Positions 46,477 through 57,045 of a DNA stretch of 64,000 nucleotides are shown piece by piece. The first letter of the stretch is position 1. The number at the start of each line of letters is the position of its first letter. Origin of the DNA: Candidatus Nomurabacteria bacterium (lineage in GTDB: Bacteria > Patescibacteriota > Minisyncoccia > Phycocordibacterales > UBA9973); the NCBI GenBank assembly GCA_023267435.1, contig JAHFNH010000004.1:1236-65235 (forward strand), given 5' to 3'. A model generated the notes under the pieces. The model searched no databases, was not told the DNA's origin, and worked only from the letters and a program-made list of their open reading frames with translations. Made by a program: the position numbers and the translations under genes.

Positions 46477-49104
46477 ATGAATTGGCTTCGGCATATTTTT
46501 CTAAAAATCAAAGAAGGAGGAGATGAAACAAATTCTTCTAAAAAAGAGTTTTTGGATAAATTGTTGGAATTTGCAAAAAATGATTCTAATTTTGCATTAG
46601 ATAGATTGGATTCTCGAGTAAATGGATTAAACGATGAAGAAGTAAAAAAAAGAATAAAAACTTTTGGCTTCAATGATTTAAATGGTGAGAAAAAAACAAA
46701 CCATCTTTTAAGATTATTAATAATTTTAAAAAATCCGTTAAATTTACTTTTGTCTATTTTAGCGATAGTTTCTTTGTTTGTCGGTGATGTTAAAGCAGCT
46801 ATCATTGTGGTGGTGATGGTATTACTCAGCGTAGTTTTGAATTTTTATCAAGAAACAAAAGCTGAAATAGCTGCGGATAAATTAAAATCAATCATTCATG
46901 CGAAAGCTACCGTTATAAGAAATGGAATTAAAAATGAAGTTCTTTTAAGAGATGTTGTTCCGGGAGATATTGTGTCTCTATATTCTGGAACGATTATACC
47001 GGGTGATGTAAAAATACTTTCTTCAAAAGATTTATTTATAAACCAAGCGATGCTGACTGGTGAATCAATGCCGGTAGAAAAACATGTTCTCGATGCTGAT
47101 TTAGAAAATAAAAGTATAATAGAATTTAATAATTTGTGTTTCTTGGGAACCAGTGTCGAGAGCGGTATGGCGATGGCCCTTGTTTTAAGCACTGGAAAAA
47201 ATACTTATCTAGGCAGTATTGCTTCTGATATTAATAAAAACGATCATGTTTCTGATTTTAATAAAGAACTGCAGCAATTTGTAATTTTGATTTTGAAGTT
47301 TATGGCCGTGATGGTGCCGGCAGTATTTTTATTGAACGGAATTTTTAAAGGGAATTGGTTTGAAGCATTTTTGTTCGCATTGGCTGTGGCTGTCGGCATG
47401 GCTCCAGAAATGATTCCGACGATTGTAGCTGTGAATTTATCAAAAGGAGCTTTAGCTTTGGCAAAAAATAAAGTAATTGTAAAACATTTGGAAGCGATAG
47501 AAAATCTAGGTGTGATGGACGTATTGTGTACAGACAAGACTGGTACCTTAACAGAAGGGAAGATTGTTTTGGAAAAACACTTGGATATTAATGGTAAAGA
47601 AAGCACTGAAGCATTACATTACGCTTTTTTAAATAGTTATTTTCAGACGGGTCTTTATGACATTATTGATGACGCTATTTTGAAACACGAAGAAATAAAA
47701 GAAAAATCAGAAATATCAAATTATAAAAAAATAGATGAAATTCCTTTTGATTATGACAGGAGAAAAATGTCAGTAATAGTATCAAATAACGTGGATAAGC
47801 ATTTATTTGTTTGTAAGGGAGCTGTGGAGGAAATTTTCAATTCTTGTACAAGTGTCTTGGTTGATAATAAAAAAGTTACCTTGAGTAATTTCAGTGAAGA
47901 TAAAAAAATACTAATAGAAAAAGAATTAAACAAAGAAGGTTTTCGAGTTATTGCTGTCGCTTATAAGGAAGTTGATAAGAATAAAAAAGTTTTTACAGTT
48001 GATGATGAAGAGGGTCTGACTTTTGTCGGATTTTTAGCTTTTTTTGATCCTCCGAAACAAAGTGTCACTGAAACGATAGAAGATTTGAAAGAATTAGGTG
48101 TGACGGTAAAAATTTTAACAGGGGACAATGAGATAGTTACCAATAAGATATGTGAGGAAGTCGGTATGCATGTTGACAGAATTCTTTTAGGCAAAGATAT
48201 AGAACATATGACTGATGAGGAACTGGCAAAAGAAGTAGAACTAGTGTCAATTTTTGCAAAACTTTCTCCTTATGATAAAGAAAGAATTATAAAAACTTTG
48301 CGTAAGAATAATCATATTGTCGGTTTCTTAGGAGACGGTATCAACGATTCTCTTTCTTTGATTGCGGCGGATGTCGGTATATCTGTCGACACTGCGGCAG
48401 ATATTGCCAAAGAATCTTCCGACATGATTTTGCTCGAAAAAAGCTTATTGGTTCTAAAAGATGGAATAAAAGAAGGAAGAAGAATTTTCGACAATATAAT
48501 CAAATATATAAAGATGGCGGCTAGTTCGAATTTTGGAAATATGTTTAGTGTTGTCGGTGGTAGTATTTTCTTACCATTTTTGCCTATGTTGCCGGTGCAA
48601 ATTTTGACCAATAATATGCTTTATGATTTTTCTCAGATGACCATACCGACGGATAATGTAGATGAGGAAAGATTGTTGAAACCTAAAAAATGGGATTTTA
48701 AAAATATCAAAAGATTTATTTTATTCTTTGGTCCGATAAGTTCCTTGTTTGATTATGCTACATTTTTCGTAATGCTTTATGTATTTCATGCTTGGGGTAA
48801 TCCAGAACTTTTCCATACTGGTTGGTTCGTAGAATCGCTTCTTACTCAGACTTTGATCGTGCATATTATCAGAACGAGCAAGATCCCATTTTTCCAAAGT
48901 ATGGCGAGCTGGCCACTCGTTGTCTCGACTTTGTGTGTGATTGGAGTTGGAATTTATCTACCATTTTCACCATTTGCGGGAGCATTTAAAATGGTCGCAT
49001 TACCGCCATTGTATTTCTGTTTGTTGTTTATCGGTCTTGTTTTGTATTTCTTAATAACTCAATTCCTAAAAATGTGGTTTATTAAAAAATACGAGTGGAT
49101 ATAA
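46477..49104 (+). CDS. mgtA: P-type ATPase, Mg2+-importing MgtA-like
   Basis: DKTGTLT phosphorylation site, TGDN, GDGINDSL hinge. N-terminal LLRLLIILKNPLNLL typical of MgtA. Confidence 0.7.
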   Translation: MNWLRHIFLKIKEGGDETNSSKKEFLDKLLEFAKNDSNFALDRLDSRVNGLNDEEVKKRIKTFGFNDLNGEKKTNHLLRLLIILKNPLNLLLSILAIVSLFVGDVKAAIIVVVMVLLSVVLNFYQETKAEIAADKLKSIIHAKATVIRNGIKNEVLLRDVVPGDIVSLYSGTIIPGDVKILSSKDLFINQAMLTGESMPVEKHVLDADLENKSIIEFNNLCFLGTSVESGMAMALVLSTGKNTYLGSIASDINKNDHVSDFNKELQQFVILILKFMAVMVPAVFLLNGIFKGNWFEAFLFALAVAVGMAPEMIPTIVAVNLSKGALALAKNKVIVKHLEAIENLGVMDVLCTDKTGTLTEGKIVLEKHLDINGKESTEALHYAFLNSYFQTGLYDIIDDAILKHEEIKEKSEISNYKKIDEIPFDYDRRKMSVIVSNNVDKHLFVCKGAVEEIFNSCTSVLVDNKKVTLSNFSEDKKILIEKELNKEGFRVIAVAYKEVDKNKKVFTVDDEEGLTFVGFLAFFDPPKQSVTETIEDLKELGVTVKILTGDNEIVTNKICEEVGMHVDRILLGKDIEHMTDEELAKEVELVSIFAKLSPYDKERIIKTLRKNNHIVGFLGDGINDSLSLIAADVGISVDTAADIAKESSDMILLEKSLLVLKDGIKEGRRIFDNIIKYIKMAASSNFGNMFSVVGGSIFLPFLPMLPVQILTNNMLYDFSQMTIPTDNVDEERLLKPKKWDFKNIKRFILFFGPISSLFDYATFFVMLYVFHAWGNPELFHTGWFVESLLTQTLIVHIIRTSKIPFFQSMASWPLVVSTLCVIGVGIYLPFSPFAGAFKMVALPPLYFCLLFIGLVLYFLITQFLKMWFIKKYEWI

Positions 49105-49118
49105 GCCGGTTTATTTTT

Positions 49119-50285
49119 CTAATGATGATGTTCATAATGTTCTAAATTTTCTTTTTCTTTTTCCAACATTGAATTATTTTCCGATTTTTTTATTTTAACT
49201 AATATAAAAGTCGCTAAAAGTGTTGTGATTGGAACGGCAAGTACTAATCCTATGCTTCCAATTAGTATTCTTATTATCTCTGTAGCAAAGATTTCTCTAT
49301 TCATAGTCATTAATATATTAATTGGCGGAGTTGAAAAGAAAAGAAGAAGTGGTAATGAAGCACCTACATATGCAATAGCCAATGTATTCACTAAAGCCCC
49401 AATATGTTCTCGTCCCATCCTCATTGCTCTTTTGAAGATTATTTTTCTTGGAATATGGGGAGCAATATGATGAAGTTCTTCTACTGAAATTGCCTGTCCA
49501 ATAGCCACATCATATAAAACACCCAAAAGACCAATCATTATTCCACCAATTAATACTCCAACTAAATTAATATTTCCATGAGTATTTAAATTTAAATAAA
49601 CCGCCTCTTCGCTTGCAAAACCACTAAATTCTGACATATGCACAGCTGAGTAAGCCATAATTCCAGTAAAAATAACTGTAATAATCATTCCAATAACGGC
49701 AGAAGAAGTTGTCTTGTTAAATCCATGTGTTACATACGATCCTAAAATTATAATAAAAGAAGAAACAGCAATACTTATTAATACCGGCGAATAACCATGA
49801 AGAATGCCTGGTAAAAGAACATACATAATCAATACAAAACTTCCTGCTAAACTGATAAGCCCACGGATTCCCTGTATGCCACCAATCAATAAAACTAGAA
49901 CAACAAACAATATAGCAAAAAAATAAATTACTGGCAGACGATAAGTATCTTCTACGTTGTAATAGGTTTCACCCGTATCTGCTGATACGGTATAGTTTAA
50001 ATAAAAAATATCACCCTTTTTAAGCTGAGTAAAGTCATTATTAAATGTTGCTGTTTCTCCTTCTTTTTCTCCTTCTAAAATTTGTGCTGTAATTATTTGA
50101 CTAGTACTCGGTACATCTAATACAGGTATATTTTCTGTACCTTTAGCTTGTACTTCTAAAACTTTAGCTTTGACTATGTCAGTTTTGTCTGGGACTATTT
50201 CTGAAGCTTTTACTTGGTAAGGAACAAGTAAGGAGTATAAAAAGATGGAAAAAAGTATTAATGAAAATATTTTTAATTTTGTCAT
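49119..50285 (-). CDS. YibE/F-family polytopic membrane protein
   Basis: N-terminal extracytoplasmic segment, then ~7 TM helices with YibE/F-like pattern (…GIQGIRGLISLAGSFVLIMYVLLPGIL…AYVGASLPLLLF). His-rich C-terminus. Confidence 0.5.
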   Translation of the reverse strand: MTKLKIFSLILFSIFLYSLLVPYQVKASEIVPDKTDIVKAKVLEVQAKGTENIPVLDVPSTSQIITAQILEGEKEGETATFNNDFTQLKKGDIFYLNYTVSADTGETYYNVEDTYRLPVIYFFAILFVVLVLLIGGIQGIRGLISLAGSFVLIMYVLLPGILHGYSPVLISIAVSSFIIILGSYVTHGFNKTTSSAVIGMIITVIFTGIMAYSAVHMSEFSGFASEEAVYLNLNTHGNINLVGVLIGGIMIGLLGVLYDVAIGQAISVEELHHIAPHIPRKIIFKRAMRMGREHIGALVNTLAIAYVGASLPLLLFFSTPPINILMTMNREIFATEIIRILIGSIGLVLAVPITTLLATFILVKIKKSENNSMLEKEKENLEHYEHHH

Positions 50286-50322
50286 TATAAATTTATAACA
50301 TATTTAATATACTAATACTAGT

Positions 50323-50337
50323 TGCAAATCATTTGCA
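50323..50337. promoter_or_regulatory. perfect 7-1-7 palindrome TGCAAATcATTTGCA: candidate Fur/Zur-family operator in the divergent promoter region
   Basis: Located 20 nt upstream of the Fur-family gene start, between divergently transcribed YibE/F and the fur-znu operon. Confidence 0.45.
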
Positions 50338-50356
50338 TTTATGATAAATTTTATTC

Positions 50357-50755
50357 ATGAGAAATTTATTAAAAGGTAAGGGATATAAGGCTACGCCAGC
50401 AAGGATTGAAATACTTGATATTTTAAACAAAAGTAAGAAGCCACTTAATGCAGAATTGGTGTACCAAAAAATAAAAAATAAAAATATCAACAAAACAACT
50501 GTGTATCGAACCCTCTCTTCTCTTTCAGAATCTGAAATTTTGAAAATAGTTGATTTACATAAAGATTCTGTATTTTTTGAACTGCAAAACAAGCACCATC
50601 ATCATATAATTTGCACCGACTGTGATTTGGTGGAAGACATAGAAAACATAGAGGTGGAAAAAGTATTATCAAAAATTAAAATAAGCTCGTCGAAATTTAA
50701 AAACATTAAAGAACATTCATTGGAATTTTTTGGAATTTGCAAAGAGTGTTCGTAA
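50357..50755 (+). CDS. Fur-family metalloregulator (probably Zur-like, given the linked transporter)
   Basis: The winged-helix N-terminus ATPARIEILDILN..VYRTLSSL is Fur-like. HHHH and CxxC...CxxC metal sites. Confidence 0.65.
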   Translation: MRNLLKGKGYKATPARIEILDILNKSKKPLNAELVYQKIKNKNINKTTVYRTLSSLSESEILKIVDLHKDSVFFELQNKHHHHIICTDCDLVEDIENIEVEKVLSKIKISSSKFKNIKEHSLEFFGICKECS

Positions 50756-50766
50756 GATTAAAAAGT

Positions 50767-51696
50767 ATGAATATTAATAAAAAATATATTATTGTTGGGG
50801 TTTTAATTGTTCTAGTTATTTTTATTTTAGCTTTTTCGTTGCGCGGGCAAAAACAAATATCAAATCAATCTGGTAAGTTACAAGTTGTTACGAGTTTTTA
50901 TCCTTTGTATTTTTTCTCTTCAGTAATTGGCGGAGATAAGGCAGATGTTAAAAACATTACACCCTCTGGCACTGAACCTCATGATTATGAACCTACTTCC
51001 GGTGATATTGCTAACATAGAAAATAGTAAACTTCTTATATTACAAGGTACCGGTCTTGAAGCGTGGGGAGACAATATAAAAAAAAATATTAATCCGAATC
51101 ATACAACCGTTGTTGTTGCAGGACAGGAATTTATGAATCTCTCTATTTTAGAGAATGGTGTAACTATCACCGACCCGCATGTGTGGCTCTCTCCGCCACT
51201 CGCAGAAAAAATGGCAGATAAGATACTTGCTGGATTTATAGCTGTTGATCCTTTAAATGCGACTTATTATACAATTAATGAAACAAAACTAAAGACAGAT
51301 TTGTCTGCGCTTGATTCTGAGTATAAACAGGGACTAGCAACCTGCGCTTCAAAAGATATTATTACTTCTCATGCCGCCTTTGGGTATCTAGCGACAACTT
51401 ACGGGCTTAATCAAGTATCAATTGCCGGACTTTCTCCCGATGCCGAGCCGTCACCGAAACAATTGGTAGATATTGTAAATTTTGCTAAACTTAATAATGT
51501 TAAGTATATATTTTTCGAGAGTCTGGTCAGTCCGAAATTATCAGAGACAATAGCCAATGAAATAGGCGCGCAGACGAGTGTATTGAATCCAATTGAAGGT
51601 TTGACTACAAATGAATTAGCACAAGGCAAAGATTATTTTTCTGAAATGGAAAATAATTTATTAAACTTAGAAACAGCTTTACAATGCAAAAAGTAG
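50767..51696 (+). CDS. metal (Zn/Mn) ABC transporter substrate-binding protein (ZnuA/TroA family)
   Basis: VVTSFYPLYFF...PHDYEP...DPHVWLSP cluster-9 SBP motifs. Start taken as Met 50767 (the track ORF starts at 50737, overlapping fur). Confidence 0.65.
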   Translation: MNINKKYIIVGVLIVLVIFILAFSLRGQKQISNQSGKLQVVTSFYPLYFFSSVIGGDKADVKNITPSGTEPHDYEPTSGDIANIENSKLLILQGTGLEAWGDNIKKNINPNHTTVVVAGQEFMNLSILENGVTITDPHVWLSPPLAEKMADKILAGFIAVDPLNATYYTINETKLKTDLSALDSEYKQGLATCASKDIITSHAAFGYLATTYGLNQVSIAGLSPDAEPSPKQLVDIVNFAKLNNVKYIFFESLVSPKLSETIANEIGAQTSVLNPIEGLTTNELAQGKDYFSEMENNLLNLETALQCKK

Positions 51697-52454
51697 ATCA
51701 TACAAAAAATATTATCGAAGTTAATGATATTTCATTTTCTTACAATAAAGAAAAGGTTTTAAAAAACATTACGCTGGGCATACACCAAGGCGACTATCTT
51801 TGTCTTGTCGGTCCGAACGGAGCAGGGAAGACAACATTATTGAAAATAATGCTTGGGCTTCTTTCTAGTGAAACTGGATCGGTTAAATTATTTAATCAAG
51901 ATATAAAAGATTTCAAAGATTGGCAGAGGATAGGTTATGTTCCGCAAAAAGCTACGAGTTTCGATATCAATTTTCCAGCGACAGTGAAAGAGGTAGTACT
52001 AATGGGCAGATATGCGCACGCGGGACTTTTTCATAGAATGACGGAAAAAGATTTAGAATTGGTTAAAAAATCTTTAGAACAAGTTGAAATGTGGGAATAT
52101 CGAGACAGGCTTATCGGAGATCTTTCCGGTGGACAGCAACAGCGCGTATTTATAGCACGAGCGCTTGTCACGGAGCCAGAAATTATTTTTCTAGATGAGC
52201 CGACAGCTGGTGTTGATGAAAAAACTCAAAATGAATTTTATGCGCTTCTGAAAAAATTAAATCAGGAATTTTCTTTGACGCTTGTTTTGATATCGCATGA
52301 CATAGAAAGAATTACTAAAGAGGTGATGCACATAGCTTGCATCGATAAGACTTTGGTTTGTCATACCTCACCGGAAGAATATTTAAAAGATAGTCATTCA
52401 CTAGATATATCCGGTCAGCCAGTAAAAATTATTACTTCACATCATCACAATTAA
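51684..52454 (+). CDS. metal ABC transporter ATP-binding protein
   Basis: GPNGAGKTTLL Walker A, LSGGQQQRV signature, ILDEPT Walker B. Confidence 0.75.
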   Translation: MQKVDHTKNIIEVNDISFSYNKEKVLKNITLGIHQGDYLCLVGPNGAGKTTLLKIMLGLLSSETGSVKLFNQDIKDFKDWQRIGYVPQKATSFDINFPATVKEVVLMGRYAHAGLFHRMTEKDLELVKKSLEQVEMWEYRDRLIGDLSGGQQQRVFIARALVTEPEIIFLDEPTAGVDEKTQNEFYALLKKLNQEFSLTLVLISHDIERITKEVMHIACIDKTLVCHTSPEEYLKDSHSLDISGQPVKIITSHHHN

Positions 52455-52457
52455 TAT

Positions 52458-53261
52458 ATGTTAGAAAATCTTTTACAATATGGTTTTGTGGTCAGGGGAT
52501 TGGAAGCTGGTATTATCGTGGCTATTATTGCTCCACTTATTGGTATTTTTCTAGTGCTTAGACGCTACTCACTCATTGCTGATACTCTCGCTCATGTATC
52601 ACTCGCAGGTATTGCTGTTGGATTACTCTTTGGTTGGAACCCAGCAGTGACTGCATTGGGTTCGACCCTTTTGGCTTCATTCGGTATAGAAAGACTTAGA
52701 AATTCTAAAAAAGTATATGGCGAATCTGCCTTGGCTTTATTTCTTTCCGGTAGTTTAGCTTTAGCTATCGTTTTGCTCAGTCTCTCTCATGGTTTGAATG
52801 CAAATCTTTTTAATTATTTATTTGGTAGTATTGTGACAGTAACTTCAAATGATGTATTATCTATTGCGTTGGTAGCTATTCTGGTAGTTGTAACTTTATT
52901 TAGTTTTTATAAAGAGCTTGTCTATGTTTCTTTTGACGAAGAAGCTGCGAAGGTGAGTGGTATTCCTGTTCGTTTTATAAATACAGTTCTTATTTTCTTA
53001 ACTGCCCTCACTGTTTCTCTGGCAATACCGATCGTTGGAGTTCTACTTATTGCTGCATTGATAGTCGTTCCAGTGGTCACCGCGCTTCAGTTGAAAAAAA
53101 GTTTTATTAAAACAATTTTCTGGGCGGAAATAATTTCTATTTTTTCAGTTATTTCAGGAATTATAATTTCTTTTTATCTCAACCTTGCTACAGGTGGAAC
53201 AATAGTTCTCCTAATGCTTTCAATTTTCTCTATTGTTTTTTTCCTAAAGCGTAATAATTAG
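52458..53261 (+). CDS. metal ABC transporter permease (ZnuB-like)
   Basis: Eight hydrophobic helices. ABC-3 family pattern (…DTLAHVSLAGIAVG…). Confidence 0.65.
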   Translation: MLENLLQYGFVVRGLEAGIIVAIIAPLIGIFLVLRRYSLIADTLAHVSLAGIAVGLLFGWNPAVTALGSTLLASFGIERLRNSKKVYGESALALFLSGSLALAIVLLSLSHGLNANLFNYLFGSIVTVTSNDVLSIALVAILVVVTLFSFYKELVYVSFDEEAAKVSGIPVRFINTVLIFLTALTVSLAIPIVGVLLIAALIVVPVVTALQLKKSFIKTIFWAEIISIFSVISGIIISFYLNLATGGTIVLLMLSIFSIVFFLKRNN

Positions 53262-53419
53262 CTATTGACTTTTTAGATAAAACGTTATAAACTGTTGAAT
53301 AGTAATTGTTATTTGAAATTAGTGATTTTAATTTATATTTGTTTGAGTTATTTTGTATTTCTCTATGTTGGAATTCAAGATAATTCAAATAAATAGTAAT
53401 AATCTAAAAATCACAAAAA

Positions 53420-53713
53420 ATGAAAAAGCCTATTTCACATCAAGCTAAATTTGGTATAACCTTATTGCTTGCAGTTATCATCTTCTCTACATCTTGTGAG
53501 AAAAGACGCCCAACAACAATTTATGACAATCGATATCAGAATGCTAATGTAATAATTAATGATACATCAAGAAGTAGAATTGACACTTCTTCAGATGGAA
53601 ATATTACAGTTTATGATAATACAAGACAAAACGCTAATGTTATTATTAATCAACCGCAGGTAAATAATATTGATATTGATTCTAATGGAAAGATTGTAAC
53701 ACGGCGAAAATAA
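53420..53713 (+). CDS. small secreted/lipoprotein-like protein with two internal repeats (YDN(R/T)xQNANVIIN)
   Basis: Signal peptide with Cys (…IFSTSC). Duplicated 25-aa module. Confidence 0.4.
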   Translation: MKKPISHQAKFGITLLLAVIIFSTSCEKRRPTTIYDNRYQNANVIINDTSRSRIDTSSDGNITVYDNTRQNANVIINQPQVNNIDIDSNGKIVTRRK

Positions 53714-53726
53714 AAAATAAGTTTTT

Positions 53727-53763
53727 TAAAAACCTTACTTAATATTAAAAGTAAGGTTTTTTT
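53727..53763 (+). terminator. Rho-independent terminator
   Basis: aaaaaccttactt-aatattaaa-agtaaggttttttt. Confidence 0.7.
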
Positions 53764-53785
53764 ATTTGCTGTTTTATAAAAAGTA

Positions 53786-53794
53786 TGCTATTAT
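53786..53794 (+). promoter_or_regulatory. extended -10 promoter (TGcTATTAT) for typA
   Basis: TGn-TATTAT about 100 nt upstream of typA. Confidence 0.4.
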
Positions 53795-53833
53795 GGATCT
53801 ATTCGAATGAAGCCCTTGGGCTTTTTTTGTTTA

Positions 53834-53866
53834 TCGCCTCAACGGCGATCCGTCGAAGAGGCGGAA
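53834..53866. repeat. HR hairpin repeat copy 3 (reverse orientation) in the typA leader, preceded by a hairpin plus T-run (53808-53830)
   Basis: tcgcctcaacggcgatccgtcgaagaggcggaa is the reverse complement of copy 2 with a few mismatches. Lies 28 nt upstream of the typA ATG. Confidence 0.65.
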
Positions 53867-53893
53867 TTATTATTTTAAAAGAAATATACAAAA

Positions 53894-55708
53894 ATGGAAA
53901 TCAGAAATATCGCAATCATAGCTCACGTGGACCACGGCAAGACGACCTTGACCGACGCTTTAATGAAGCAAAATGGAGGACTTCAAGATGAAGGAATATC
54001 AATGGACTCAAACGCCCTAGAAAAAGAGCGCGGTATTACTATTTATTCAAAAAATACTTCGATCAATTACAAGGGAACAAAGATAAATATCGTTGATACG
54101 CCAGGGCACGCTGATTTCGGTTCTGAAGTTGAACGCGTTTTAAGAGCGATTGATTCTGTGCTTCTTTTAGTTGACGCTGTTGAAGGACCTATGCCTCAAA
54201 CTAGATTCGTTTTGAAGAAATCTTTAGAGTTAGGTTTGAAGCCAATCGTTGTTATCAATAAAATTGATAAGCCAGCTGCTGATCCGCATAGAGTTCATGA
54301 TGAAGTCTTGGAATTATTTTTCGAGCTTGGTGCTAATGAAGATCAGGCAAATTTCGAAACAGTCTATGCTATCGGGCGCCAAGGTCTAGCGAAGAAAAAA
54401 CTTACAGATGAATCTTCTGACCTTTCTCCTTTGTTAGATGTAATTTTAGAAAAAGTTCCGCCGGCTTCCGTCAACGAAGAAGGAAAAATGTCTGCGCAGG
54501 TTTTCAATCTTGGTTATGACAACTTCTTAGGCAGAATGGCTGTCGCTAGAATTTACTCTGGAAAAATGACACAAGGAAGCCAGCTTTTTATAAAAGGTGA
54601 GAATGGTACAAGAACAGGAAAGATAACGAAACTTTTCACTTTTGAAGGAATAAACAGAAAAGATGTTTCAGAAGCGACGTCAGGTGATATCGTGCTTCTT
54701 GCCGGTATTCCAGATATTTATATCGGTGAGACAATTTGCGGAGATGAGAGCGTTGAACCATTACCGCATATCGCGATCGATGAACCAACTATTTCGTTGA
54801 ATTTTTTAGTGAACGATTCTCCGTTTGCCGGTAAAGAAGGAAAATTTGTCACCTCCAGACAAATCAAAGAAAGATTAGAAAAAGAACTTGAAATAAACGT
54901 CGGACTTAAAGTTGATTTTTCTCCCGACCAAGGAGAGGCGAAGTTCGGTCCAAGCTTCTTTAAGATTTATGGAAGAGGCGAACTTCACATTGCAATACTT
55001 TTGGAAAATATGCGCCGAGAAGGATTTGAAATGCAGGTCTCTCAACCAGAAGTAATTATTAAAGAAGAAAACGGACAAAAGACGGAACCTTATGAAGAAT
55101 TAGTTATTGATGTTCCGATGGAATCTTCTGGAGGAGTTATTGAAAAAATCGGCAAGCGCCGAGGTATCATGAAAGACATGACAGAGAAGGAAGGCATAGC
55201 TAGAATTGTTTTTGATATACCGACACGCGGACTTCTGGGTTATCGCGGAGAATTTACTGTCGATACGAAAGGTGAGGGCATAATGTCTTCACGAGTTATC
55301 GGTTTTAAGGAGTATGCGGGAGAAATAAAGAAACGCGAATACGGTTCCATGACTTCCATGGTTTCCGGCAAGGCGGTGGCTTTTGCACTTGCAAATTTAC
55401 AGGAACGTGGTATTATGTATATTGAACACGGAACGGAGGTTTACGAAGGTATGGTTATCGGAAATGTTCTTAAAGGAGAAGATATGGCTGTGAACCCCAC
55501 AAAAGGCAAGCAGCTTACCAATATGCGAGCTTCGGGAACTGATGAAGCCTTATTTTTAAAGCCTGCTTTCATTTTAACCATTGAAAGAGGTCTTGAGGTT
55601 ATGAATGCCGATGAGTACCTAGAAATCACTCCAAAGTCAGTCAGACTCCGAAAAAAGTACTTAACAGAGCTGGATCGCATCAAAGCCGGACGAGGAGGCA
55701 AGAATTAA
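53894..55708 (+). CDS. typA: translational GTPase TypA/BipA
   Basis: [39 protein letters not shown]-like domains. 604 aa. Confidence 0.9.
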   Translation: MEIRNIAIIAHVDHGKTTLTDALMKQNGGLQDEGISMDSNALEKERGITIYSKNTSINYKGTKINIVDTPGHADFGSEVERVLRAIDSVLLLVDAVEGPMPQTRFVLKKSLELGLKPIVVINKIDKPAADPHRVHDEVLELFFELGANEDQANFETVYAIGRQGLAKKKLTDESSDLSPLLDVILEKVPPASVNEEGKMSAQVFNLGYDNFLGRMAVARIYSGKMTQGSQLFIKGENGTRTGKITKLFTFEGINRKDVSEATSGDIVLLAGIPDIYIGETICGDESVEPLPHIAIDEPTISLNFLVNDSPFAGKEGKFVTSRQIKERLEKELEINVGLKVDFSPDQGEAKFGPSFFKIYGRGELHIAILLENMRREGFEMQVSQPEVIIKEENGQKTEPYEELVIDVPMESSGGVIEKIGKRRGIMKDMTEKEGIARIVFDIPTRGLLGYRGEFTVDTKGEGIMSSRVIGFKEYAGEIKKREYGSMTSMVSGKAVAFALANLQERGIMYIEHGTEVYEGMVIGNVLKGEDMAVNPTKGKQLTNMRASGTDEALFLKPAFILTIERGLEVMNADEYLEITPKSVRLRKKYLTELDRIKAGRGGKN

Positions 55709-55820
55709 CACAATTATGTCAATAGTAAGTTTGACATCGAATTAAAAGAGTGTAATATATATAGTATAAAAAGAAATAAAGTTTTATTAAAAATCATTAT
55801 AAATTATTTTATCAAAAATT

Positions 55821-56849
55821 ATGTCAACAATATCATTTAAACCAAAACAAGTTACCAAAAAAATCACATCACATCTTCAAGACCGCGCCAGCGATGTCAT
55901 CATGAATCGTTTTGGTTTAACTTCCGAAGCTGAAAGAAAAACTTTGGAAGAGATAGGCAAGAAATACGGCATCACTCGAGAACGTGTCAGACAGATAGAA
56001 GACGCAGCTTTATCTTCGATCAAAAAATCTGATTCTTATAAAGCTGAACAAGCGATTTTTGATGAAATAAAACAATTGATAAATTCTTTAGGTTCAATCG
56101 TAGCAGAACACGAATTTTTGCCTAGCATCTCAAAAGACAAAGCTACTCAGAACCATATACATTTTTATTTGGTTTTAGGAGATGCTTTCAAGAAACACCG
56201 CGAAGACGATCATTTTCAGACACGATGGAGTGTTGATGATGAAATGGCAACCAAAGTCCATGATTCTTTGAAAAAACTTTACTCAAGTTTGAGTGATGTT
56301 GATCTTGTTCCTGAAAGTGAAATGATTAAAAGATTTTTTGATCAAATGAAAGATGTTTCTGATCAATACAGAGATGAAGAAGTTGCTCGAAGATGGCTTG
56401 CTATTTCTAAAAATATTTCTAAAAATCCTCTTGGTGAATGGGGTAAATCTACATCACCAAACGTTCACACGCGCGGAGTCAAAGATTACGCATTCTTAGT
56501 TATGAGAAAACACGGTTCTCCTATGCATTTCCGAGAAGTAGCTGATTCCATTTCTAAAACTTTCGGCAGAAAGACACATTATGCGACTTGTCACAATGAA
56601 CTTATTAAAGATCCTAGATTCGTTTTGGTTGGACGCGGAATGTATGCTCTAGCTGAATGGGGTTATAAGACAGGCATTGCACGTGAAGTTATTCGCGATA
56701 TTCTAAAAAGAGAAGGACCGCTTTCTAAAGAAGATGTGGTAGATCGAGTGATGAAAGAAAGATATTTCAAGAAAAATACTATTTTGGTAAATCTTCAGAA
56801 TCCAAAATATTTCAAGAAGAATAAAAACGGACTTTATACTTTAGCTTAA
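55821..56849 (+). CDS. protein with an N-terminal sigma-70 region-4-like HTH (TLEEIGKKYGITRERVRQIEDAAL) and an uncharacterised C-terminal domain
   Basis: The motif matches the sigma70 region 4 helix-turn-helix. No regions 2 or 3. Confidence 0.35.
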   Translation: MSTISFKPKQVTKKITSHLQDRASDVIMNRFGLTSEAERKTLEEIGKKYGITRERVRQIEDAALSSIKKSDSYKAEQAIFDEIKQLINSLGSIVAEHEFLPSISKDKATQNHIHFYLVLGDAFKKHREDDHFQTRWSVDDEMATKVHDSLKKLYSSLSDVDLVPESEMIKRFFDQMKDVSDQYRDEEVARRWLAISKNISKNPLGEWGKSTSPNVHTRGVKDYAFLVMRKHGSPMHFREVADSISKTFGRKTHYATCHNELIKDPRFVLVGRGMYALAEWGYKTGIAREVIRDILKREGPLSKEDVVDRVMKERYFKKNTILVNLQNPKYFKKNKNGLYTLA

Positions 56850-56855
56850 TTGATC

Positions 56856-56990
56856 ATGAAAGATAATAGGGGTATCGCTCATATTATTATAATAATAGTT
56901 GGTATCCTGGTTATCTTGGTGCTTTTTGGTTTTTTCTCTGTAAAGCGCGGATCAGGTTCTGGTCCCAGCTCTTTGCAAGCTGGACAATAA
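56856..56990 (+). CDS. 44-aa small membrane protein (MKDNRGIAHIIIIIVGILVILVLFGFFSVKRGSGSGPSSLQAGQ)
   Basis: ATG at 56856, TAA at 56988. One strong TM helix. Not in the ORF track (too short). Confidence 0.3.
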   Translation: MKDNRGIAHIIIIIVGILVILVLFGFFSVKRGSGSGPSSLQAGQ

Positions 56991-57045
56991 TAATCTGTCC
57001 CCAATTTATTTTGATTTACTTCTATTTTGTATTAAAATATAACCA

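Noticed and set aside
50737-50766. Longer ZnuA-like start overlapping the fur-family gene
   Set aside because: Met at 50767 gives a typical signal/TM start (MNINKKYIIVGVLIVL) without a 19-nt overlap; the extension is likely a track artefact.
53785-53991. 68-aa ORF overlapping the typA start
   Set aside because: Translated from the typA leader (terminator-like hairpin plus HR repeat) and out of frame with typA; spurious.
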